A stretch of 64,000 nt of DNA, taken from the NCBI GenBank assembly GCA_963772835.1, contig CAVYYZ010000008.1, positions 160,001 through 224,000 of the forward strand. Direction: 5' to 3'. This stretch comes from an uncultured delta proteobacterium. Lineage in GTDB: Bacteria; Desulfobacterota; Desulfuromonadia; Geobacterales; Pseudopelobacteraceae. The notes beneath the pieces were generated by a model. The model saw nothing but the letters and a program-made list of their open reading frames with translations, did no database searches and was not told where the DNA came from. Each line of letters opens with the position of its first letter. Position 1 is the first letter of the stretch. Of this stretch, positions 57,700-64,000 are shown one piece after another. Made by a program: the position numbers and the translations under genes.

Positions 57700-57734
57700 C
57701 TTACGTGGTGAGAGTATTGAAGGGTCCTGGCAGG

Positions 57735-58166
57735 TCAGCCCCGCATGATATAATCCTGCAGGTTTTTGATGGTGAAATTCTGTTCCGAGATGATCGTTTT
57801 TACTACATCGCCGATAGAAATCATACCTATAACCCGGTCGTTTTCAATAACGGGCAGATGCCGCAGGAACTTTTCCGTCATCAGCGCCATGCACTCTTCA
57901 TTGCTGGTGTCCGGTCTGATGACCATAACTTGAGTAGTCATGATATCCCTGACAAGCGTTTCTTTGGAAGACTTCCCCACCAAAATGACTTTTCTGGCGT
58001 AATCCCGCTCGGAGAGAATACCCACCAGTTTTTCACCATCCAAAACCGGAAGCGCACCGACATTTTTGTCCGACATAAGTCTGATCGCCGCAAATACCGT
58101 GGCAGCGGGAGAAACAGAAATTATTCCGGCCTCTTTGGTTTTCAGCATGTCCCTGACAGTTTTCAT
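57735..58166 (-). CDS. CBS-domain protein
   Basis: VGALPV...GILSERDY, RHLPV...ISIGDVVK. Confidence 0.92.
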   Translation of the reverse strand: MKTVRDMLKTKEAGIISVSPAATVFAAIRLMSDKNVGALPVLDGEKLVGILSERDYARKVILVGKSSKETLVRDIMTTQVMVIRPDTSNEECMALMTEKFLRHLPVIENDRVIGMISIGDVVKTIISEQNFTIKNLQDYIMRG

Positions 58167-58270
58167 GGATGCTTCCTCCTTATGGGATGATTGTCATCAT
58201 TGTTCGAATGATAACAATTCAGTCCGTCCGAGTAAAGCGCCATTTAAATACGTTCCTTCGCTTGCAGCAA

Positions 58271-58324
58271 AAATAGGGGGAAAGCATACGTAATTTATGA
58301 GGCGGCCAACCGGCCGCCTTTTTT
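58271..58324. repeat. composite GGGG..GCATAC.TAATT + GGCGGCC palindrome copy
   Basis: AAATAGGGGGAAAGCATACGTAATTTATGAGGCGGCC-AACC-GGCCGCCTTT, aligns with 63783-63832. Confidence 0.7.
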
Positions 58325-58371
58325 GTTTTCGGAAATAATTCTCTTGCCGCCAACTTCCGCCTGTGGCACAC

Positions 58372-58387
58372 TATTAAGTACTTAATA
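58372..58387. promoter_or_regulatory. toxin-antitoxin operator palindrome
   Basis: Perfect 16-bp palindrome TATTAAGTACTTAATA 22 nt upstream of the antitoxin ATG. Confidence 0.7.
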
Positions 58388-58409
58388 AGGTATTGTAAGG
58401 AGTACTTAT

Positions 58410-58679
58410 ATGAATACTATTCCTGCTCAGGAGCTGAAACGGCGCGGTATTGCCGCGGTTGACGGGTTGATCGCACAGGGCGACGTGCATGTCATTCGCA
58501 ACAACCGGCCCGAGTACGTGGTGCTGACCGAGGCGCGTTACCGGGAAATGGTGGCCGAGGCAGAGGAGGCATACGTGGCCCGGGTGAAGGCGTCACTTGA
58601 GGATGTGAAAGCGGGACGGGTACGAAGATTTACTTCTGCCGATGAACTGCTGCAGGCGCTTGAGCTTGACGGAGAGTGA
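58410..58679 (+). CDS. Phd/YefM-family antitoxin
   Basis: MNTIPAQELKRRG...VHVIRNNRPEYVVL; overlaps the toxin gene by GTGA. Confidence 0.85.
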   Translation: MNTIPAQELKRRGIAAVDGLIAQGDVHVIRNNRPEYVVLTEARYREMVAEAEEAYVARVKASLEDVKAGRVRRFTSADELLQALELDGE

Positions 58680-58957
58680 GCGTGTTCAGCGTTATCACAT
58701 CGGAAAAGTTTCTCCGGCAGGCAAGTCGGTTCTTCAGGAAGCACCCTGATCTTAAACCGCGTTTCGCTGCGACTGTCGGTGCTCTGCAACAGGACCCTTT
58801 TCAGCCGGGTCTCGGCCTTCATCAACTTACCGGTAAACTATCCGGATGCCATGCCGTCAGACTGAATTATTCCTACCGCATTACCCTGACTCTGCTGATC
58901 AGCGAGCATGAGATCATTCTGCTCGACATCGGCAGTCATGACGAGGTGTACCGTTAG
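58676..58957 (+). CDS. RelE/YafQ-family mRNA interferase toxin
   Basis: DPFQPGL.LHQL.GKL...YRI...LLDIGSHDEVY. Confidence 0.88.
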   Translation: MSVFSVITSEKFLRQASRFFRKHPDLKPRFAATVGALQQDPFQPGLGLHQLTGKLSGCHAVRLNYSYRITLTLLISEHEIILLDIGSHDEVYR

Positions 58958-59103
58958 TCATATGCAAAACTACAAAAGGCGCCAAATCCCTTTTTCGATG
59001 TATTAATTTTAAACACTTCCCAGATTCACAAAACAGCACAGGACATCAGAGTCAACTCCGTATGTCCTGTGCCGTTGCATAAAGCGCTATCCGCCGTCTG
59101 TGG

Positions 59104-59208
59104 TTATTCAGCTTTTACAAACGTTCCTTTTTCGCCGCATTTCTCGCATTTCTGCGGCTTGCAGCGTCCTTCCTTTGAATAACCGCATTCGCATTTCCAT
59201 GTCGCCAT
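59104..59208 (-). CDS. RCKP-type rubredoxin-like microprotein (34 aa)
   Basis: GAGGAGG RBS; MATWKCECGYSKEGRCKPQKCEKCGEKGTFVKAE. Confidence 0.8.
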   Translation of the reverse strand: MATWKCECGYSKEGRCKPQKCEKCGEKGTFVKAE

Positions 59209-59509
59209 GCTGTCACCTCCTCTCTGTTGAACCTGATTATGCCGCATTGTATTGAACTGCAAATAATTTTACCATTTTTTTGAGCGGAGAAGGGAAAAGC
59301 CAGGAAAATTTCCAGCATTTTTGCTGATCGGGCACGTCCAGTCCCAGGAAATCAGGGGTACTCCCCATATTTTAATCGCGAAAAATGGAGGCGGCGGAGA
59401 GGATCAGGAAAATTGTGAAGCAGGCTTGAAAAAGGGCGCCTTTACGGCGCCCTTTGCTTTTAAAAATGGAACCGTCACTTAGTTATATGATGCGATTCGA
59501 TGGGATATT

Positions 59510-59632
59510 TTATGGTTTTATTAGTCTGGCAATATTATCTGCGATCTTCCATAAGGCAAATGTCCAGTCGATCATTAATGCCAAAACCGCTACCTTGAAG
59601 ATGGTGTCAAATGCATTAGATTTTTTGTCCAT
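59510..59632 (-). CDS. 40-aa single-pass membrane microprotein
   Basis: CAGGAGA RBS; MDKKSNAFDTIFKVAVLALMIDWTFALWKIADNIARLIKP; hairpin 59431-59456 downstream. Confidence 0.5.
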   Translation of the reverse strand: MDKKSNAFDTIFKVAVLALMIDWTFALWKIADNIARLIKP

Positions 59633-59784
59633 TGTTATTTCTCCTGTGAGAATGACAATTTTGCCGGTTGATGGCTGATCATATGTCACTAAAAAACTAT
59701 CACCACTGCCTTTTCCGGAGGAAAACCGGTGTGTCTCCCTGGTTTAGTTCATTTCTATGTAAGTGCCTGTACTCCTGCTGTTGA

Positions 59785-60081
59785 TCAGGTCGCTTCCAAA
59801 TAGGGGCGGACGGCAATCCTGCAATCTTCTTTGCTCCCGGTCCTGGTAATTGAGCCGATTGTTTCGATAATTCTGGCTACCGATTCGTCCGCCGCAATGA
59901 TCTCAAGCTTCACCTTCTCGACGATGTTCGACATGAACGAGGCACCGCGAAACATCATGGTCTGCCCCTTCTGGCGGCACATGATGGCGCTCTCCATGAA
60001 ATCATCTATACCCATTTCCTCGAGGGCGTCCCGTACTTCCTGCATCTTGAATTGTTGGATGACCGCTTCTATCTGTTTCAT
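59785..60081 (-). CDS. divergent P-II family protein
   Basis: MKQIEAVI..FK..EVRDAL...RQKG...RGA...KVKLEI...RTG; GGAGG RBS. Confidence 0.85.
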   Translation of the reverse strand: MKQIEAVIQQFKMQEVRDALEEMGIDDFMESAIMCRQKGQTMMFRGASFMSNIVEKVKLEIIAADESVARIIETIGSITRTGSKEDCRIAVRPYLEAT

Positions 60082-60135
60082 GGCTTCCTCCGTGTGCAGG
60101 CTCCTTTGCATGCTGAGATATCTTGGGATGTCATC

Positions 60136-60152
60136 TACATGTCCCGTGCCAA
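60136..60152 (-). promoter_or_regulatory. possible degenerate sigma-54 promoter of the P-II-like gene
   Basis: Minus strand TTGGCACGGGACATGTA: good -24 box, imperfect -12 box. Confidence 0.3.
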
Positions 60153-60456
60153 GGCAAAGCCGGGTTGATATCCGTATGATTACAGCCGGTTATCCGGAGT
60201 GTTGTTGTCAGGGGAATTCTGCGATGCCGGAAACTTGTGCAGAGAAGCGATAGGTGACCAGGAAAGAGTCAGAGGCCAATCGGCTGTCATTCCTGTTTCA
60301 TTCAATCTCCCGACGGAATTCCACGTCCCCTTGCCGGTTACATGCCCTGTCAGCCTGACCTGCCCGGAAGCATGACCGCGCCGGGGACTCTATTTTTCTT
60401 GACAAGTTTCCCCTTTGGGATAATTATGCCGCAACAAAGCATAAGTTCACCACATT

Positions 60457-60571
60457 GGTTACACGATAATACTAAACCATTCGCGAGAATGGGACGGAAA
60501 GCCTACAGGGTCTCATCGAGATAGCCGGGCCGCCGAAATATCCAGCAGATATTCGGCGGCCCGTTTTTTTT
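60457..60571 (+). ncRNA. GEMM-I riboswitch, 3',3'-cGAMP (c-AMP-GMP) type, copy 1, with terminator
   Basis: GGTTACACGATAATACTAAACCATTCGCGAGAATGGGACGGAAAGCC...AGCCGGGCCGCCGAAATATC; terminator 3' arm GATATTCGGCGGCCCG + T8. Confidence 0.92.
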
Positions 60572-60656
60572 GCCGGCACATGGGAATCTGCTGTAAAGAT
60601 GACATCCCCTTCGACAGGGGCAGATGCTTGTGGACAAAGCATTATTCGATACAAAT

Positions 60657-60770
60657 GGTTAGACGATAATACTAAACCATTCGCGAGAATGGGACGGAAA
60701 GCCTACGGGTCTCATGGAGAGATAGCCGGGTCGCCGAAATATCCTGTTGATATTCGGCCCCGGTTTTTTT
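60657..60770 (+). ncRNA. GEMM-I riboswitch, cGAMP type, copy 2, with terminator
   Basis: Near-identical aptamer exactly 200 bp downstream; terminator 3' arm GATATTCGGCCCCGG + T7. Confidence 0.92.
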
Positions 60771-60840
60771 GTGCCGTCACGATCCAGGTCTAACTTCCGA
60801 CACAGGCACGTATAACATATTGAAAGGACAGTATTTACCC

Positions 60841-62181
60841 ATGCGCCGAATTTTTGAGCTAATACCCTTATCCAATACGCTCCGTCTTACGACTCTTTTT
60901 GTCGTTATCGTATCTCTCAATGGATGTACGACAATGATCGCAGGCCATGAGGAAGAGCAGCAGCTTATTCCAAGACAATTGGAAGAATATGTCGGACAAA
61001 ACGAGTTTTCTGTTGCAAAAGGAGCGGATGTCATCGGCCGGATAAGACTCATCACTCTTGAAAAGGGGGATACTCTGCCGGATATTGCACGGCACTTCAG
61101 CCTGGGACTTAATGGCGTCAGTGCACTTAATCCGGGGGTGGATATCTGGGTGCCTGAGACCGGAAAACGTATCATGCTGCCGCTGAGTTTTATCCTGCCG
61201 GACGCTCCCAGGAAGGGCATCGTGGTCAACCTGGCCTCGATGAGGCTTTTTGAATTTAAAGGAAATAGTGAGTCACTGGCAGTATTGACCTTCCCGGTAG
61301 GTGTCGGTACCGAAGAGCGGCCATCGCCCATGGGCCACATGCATGTGGAGCGCAAGGCACACCGGCCGACCTGGCATGTGCCCTCCTCAATTGCCAGGGA
61401 TCATCTGAAAAAAGGAGATCCACTGCCCGCCGCAGTTCTGCCGGGGCCTCAAAATCCATTGGGAGAATACGCACTGTATTTAAGTGCGCCAAGTTATCTG
61501 ATCCATGGCACGAATAAACCGGCCAGCATCGGTCTCAGGGCAACCAATGGCTGCATACGGCTCTATCCGGAAAGCGTAAAAAAACTCTACGAGAACACAC
61601 CGACTAAAACGCCGGTAAACTTCGTTAACCAGCCGTATCTCCTGGGCGAGAGCGATGGAGTGGTTTACATGGAAGTTCATGCGGCCACGGAAGAGCCGGA
61701 CCCCGCCGGATTTGACAGGATATATGCAAGATTGAAAACTATTGAAAAGGAATCAGGGCGCCCGCTTGATTGGAGTAACGTTAAGAAGGTATTGGCCGAG
61801 GCCCGCGGGATTCCGGTTCCCGTATTCAACTTCAGGCAGGGAGGCGGAATAAATGGTGCGGCACCGGTGGAAGTCAGGCACCCGAGAAAATTATACGGCA
61901 GTCCGGAAATGCCGGAGCTGAAAACAGATGCGTGGTCAGTATTGGCTGCTGACGTGCGCGACGAGAATGATGCAGCGAGGCTTGCCGCCATTATCAATCA
62001 CCAGGGCCCGCAAATCCCGGCGCGAGTGATGGCAAGGGGCGATAGTTATCGTGTTGTCGCCGGCCCTTTCAGTGACAGCAAAGAGGCCAAAGATGCGATC
62101 AAACGTCTGAAAATCGATTTGGAACTGGATGGCAGGCTGATTGAGCCTGTCAAGAAAGAGAGAGGAGGTGATAAACGATGA
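60841..62181 (+). CDS. L,D-transpeptidase (ErfK/YbiS/YcfS/YnhG) with LysM-like and SPOR domains
   Basis: LNGC lipobox-like motif; GDTLPDIARHF; PGPQNPLG, LIHGTN...ATNGCIRL; C-terminal YRVVAGPF. Confidence 0.92.
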   Translation: MRRIFELIPLSNTLRLTTLFVVIVSLNGCTTMIAGHEEEQQLIPRQLEEYVGQNEFSVAKGADVIGRIRLITLEKGDTLPDIARHFSLGLNGVSALNPGVDIWVPETGKRIMLPLSFILPDAPRKGIVVNLASMRLFEFKGNSESLAVLTFPVGVGTEERPSPMGHMHVERKAHRPTWHVPSSIARDHLKKGDPLPAAVLPGPQNPLGEYALYLSAPSYLIHGTNKPASIGLRATNGCIRLYPESVKKLYENTPTKTPVNFVNQPYLLGESDGVVYMEVHAATEEPDPAGFDRIYARLKTIEKESGRPLDWSNVKKVLAEARGIPVPVFNFRQGGGINGAAPVEVRHPRKLYGSPEMPELKTDAWSVLAADVRDENDAARLAAIINHQGPQIPARVMARGDSYRVVAGPFSDSKEAKDAIKRLKIDLELDGRLIEPVKKERGGDKR

Positions 62182-62522
62182 ATAAGAATCTTTTGGTAAT
62201 TGCTCTGATGCTTGTTTCTGCTGTTACTCTGGGTGGTTGTGCTACAACAGGTGACCTTGAGAAAGTTCAGTCCCAGCAGATGCTGACCGGTGCGAAAGCT
62301 GACCAGGCAGCGCAGGATGCGCAGGCTGCCAAGGCGGCAGCTGATGCGGCCACAATAAAGGCAGAGGCAGCCGCAACCAGGGCAGAAAATGCTCTGAAGA
62401 TGGCCGAGGAACGGTCGAAAATTGCAGATGAAAAAGCGAAGATCGCAGATGATAAAGCGATGATCGCAGATGAAAAAGCGATGAAAGCTGACGCCATGTT
62501 TCGCAAATCAATGAAGAAGTAA
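62178..62522 (+). CDS. Lpp/OprI-like alanine-zipper lipoprotein
   Basis: LGGC lipobox; Ala-rich heptads; C-terminal Lys (FRKSMKK). Confidence 0.85.
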   Translation: MNKNLLVIALMLVSAVTLGGCATTGDLEKVQSQQMLTGAKADQAAQDAQAAKAAADAATIKAEAAATRAENALKMAEERSKIADEKAKIADDKAMIADEKAMKADAMFRKSMKK

Positions 62523-62534
62523 GTCTGTTTTATG

Positions 62535-62605
62535 CGGAGCTGGTACCTTTTCCGTTTCAGCTCCGGAAAGGAAGTGGCAGGGTTGTGATACTCTGCCACT
62601 TCCTT
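62535..62605 (+). terminator. two tandem stem-loops after the lipoprotein gene
   Basis: CGGAGCTG..CAGCTCCG and AAGGAAGTGGCAG..CTGCCACTTCCTT. Confidence 0.6.
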
Positions 62606-62726
62606 CTGCTTCACCCGTTCGGCGCATGGTTTTGATACATCAGGAAGAGGAAAAGGAATGGCTCTGCGATCATCAGGCATAGTACTCACGAACCCGAAGC
62701 CGGGTATGGGTAAAGAGCATCGTCGG

Positions 62727-63692
62727 ATGGCCACGCATCTACGCGTATTCTTTGCCTGCATCATGCTGGCGTCGATGCTGATATGCGGATGCAGCCACTT
62801 TAATGAGGGCTCCCGGGTCAATGCATCTTTTATGGAAGCGAATGATTTTTTCAGCCAGGGGAACTACGCGGCCTCTCTGGGTACATATCGGCAGATTATC
62901 GAAAAATATCCCACGGCGGGAGACAGGGTTCTTTTCGAGATGGGTCTTGTCTACGCGCATCCAGGGAATGGGCAGAAAAATTACCAGAAGTCCCTGGAAT
63001 GTTTTCAGGAACTCATAAAGGGTTACCCGGGGAGCGGGTACAGGAAGGACAGTGAGCTGATGGTGTTTACCATCAATAATGTCATTGTCAAAGATACAAC
63101 GATTGCTGCGCAGCAGGCACAGATCGAGGCGCTCCGGCAAGAGGTTCACAGCAGGGGGAGTGAGATTGTTACCCTGCAAAAAAAGGTTGAAGCGCTTGGG
63201 CAGGAGATTGCGGGCAAAGAGAATGAGATTATTGCACAGAAAAAAGAGGCCCTTGCACTCCAGAAGGGACCGGCAGACAGGATTCTGATAGAAAAGAAAG
63301 AACGACGATTGACGTTGATCTCAAAGGGCAGGGTGCTCAAGACCTACAAAATAGCCCTGGGGGGAAACCCGGACGGGCCAAAAGAAAGGCAGGGCGATAA
63401 CAAAACCCCGGAGGGGATCTACGTTATCGATTCAAGAAACAGTGACAGCCGATATCACCTGTCACTTCATATTTCCTATCCAAACGAGAAGGACAAAAAG
63501 CGGGCAAAACAACGTGGTGTTTCTCCGGGTGGAGACATCATGATCCACGGCATCAAGAATGGATTCTCGTGGGTTGGTGATCTCCACACTGAGGTTGACT
63601 GGACGAAAGGGTGTATTGCCGTTACGGACGAAGAAATTGAGGAAATTGACAGATTATCGCCGCACGGCACGATCGTTGAGATACGGCCATGA
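62727..63692 (+). CDS. TPR + coiled-coil + L,D-transpeptidase-fold (YafK/DpaA-like) lipoprotein
   Basis: ICGC lipobox; TPR region; KERQGDNKTPEGIY, SYPN, GGDIMIHG, WTKGCIAV; start uncertain (62658 also possible). Confidence 0.85.
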   Translation: MATHLRVFFACIMLASMLICGCSHFNEGSRVNASFMEANDFFSQGNYAASLGTYRQIIEKYPTAGDRVLFEMGLVYAHPGNGQKNYQKSLECFQELIKGYPGSGYRKDSELMVFTINNVIVKDTTIAAQQAQIEALRQEVHSRGSEIVTLQKKVEALGQEIAGKENEIIAQKKEALALQKGPADRILIEKKERRLTLISKGRVLKTYKIALGGNPDGPKERQGDNKTPEGIYVIDSRNSDSRYHLSLHISYPNEKDKKRAKQRGVSPGGDIMIHGIKNGFSWVGDLHTEVDWTKGCIAVTDEEIEEIDRLSPHGTIVEIRP

Positions 63693-63782
63693 AGACATGA
63701 ACGGACGTGGTTGATTTGCAGGGCTGTCATTACGGGGGCATCACTGCAACCAGTCAGGATGACACTACTGTCGCTCTCAGAA

Positions 63783-63834
63783 AATTCAGGGGCTGCATAC
63801 TTAATTCAAAAGGCGGCCGATTGGCCGCCTTTGA
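63783..63834. repeat. composite GGGG..GCATACTTAATT + GGCGGCC palindrome copy
   Basis: AATTCAGGGGCTGCATACTTAATTCAAAAGGCGGCC-GATT-GGCCGCCTTTGA; core identical to the dapL hairpin. Confidence 0.8.
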
Positions 63835-63850
63835 TGTATCGCACTAGGGC

Positions 63851-64000
63851 TTATCGGCTCTTCCCGATCAGATGCACAAAATCTTCATAGGCCGAGAAAC
63901 CGCTCAAACGCTTTCCGTCGCAGAGATGGGCCGGCACTGCGGTGATGCGCAGATCCATGGCCCGCTGCCAGTCGGCATCCACTGCCGCGGCATAACTTCT
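63851..64000 (-). CDS. C-terminus of a DsbA/FrnE-like oxidoreductase (partial)
   Basis: RSYAAAVDADWQRAMDLRITAVPAH...GFSAYEDF...*. Confidence 0.7.
   Translation of the reverse strand, partial: RSYAAAVDADWQRAMDLRITAVPAHLCDGKRLSGFSAYEDFVHLIGKSR

Noticed and set aside
60457..60770. 200-bp-period duplication as a CRISPR or assembly artefact
   Set aside because: The copies differ in loops and terminators and match the GEMM-I riboswitch structure.
51079..63834. Classical integron (attC array)
   Set aside because: No intI; the repeats lack the RYYYAAC...GTTRRRY ends; genes occur in both orientations with their own regulatory elements.

Overview
Window from a Geobacteraceae/Desulfuromonadales-like deltaproteobacterium (inferred from GEMM-I riboswitches of the Geobacter cGAMP type, dapL, an AhbD-like radical SAM gene and gene context). 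1-7.4 kb is an accessory/defence island lying 3' of tRNA-Phe: McrBC-like pair, DUF4062-RecG-C regulator, SEC-C protein and metallophosphoesterase. 7.6-26.7 kb is mostly core genome (ppiD, purC, Lon-like protease, ligA, a two-component pair, cbiA, tonB, solute symporter, trmB). 26.8-44.6 kb is a four-gene minus-strand DUF11/Ig-fold surface-structure operon: a small secreted DUF11 protein, a probable major subunit, a ~2000-aa OmpA/beta-barrel outer-membrane protein and a 3257-aa repeat adhesin. Its split Ig domains suggest an usher-like pilus built by donor beta-hairpin exchange, possibly locked by Lys-Asn isopeptide bonds; this is the best candidate for an undescribed system. Next come tag, dapA, dapB, a GspE/PilB ATPase and dapL, then a 13-kb mosaic of small accessory genes separated by repeated copies of one palindromic element. 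That mosaic ends in tandem cGAMP-type riboswitches upstream of an L,D-transpeptidase / Lpp-like lipoprotein / L,D-transpeptidase-fold operon. Clustered frameshifts at ~39-44 kb and ~48 kb look like long-read assembly errors. All family assignments come from motif recognition by eye, with no database searches.
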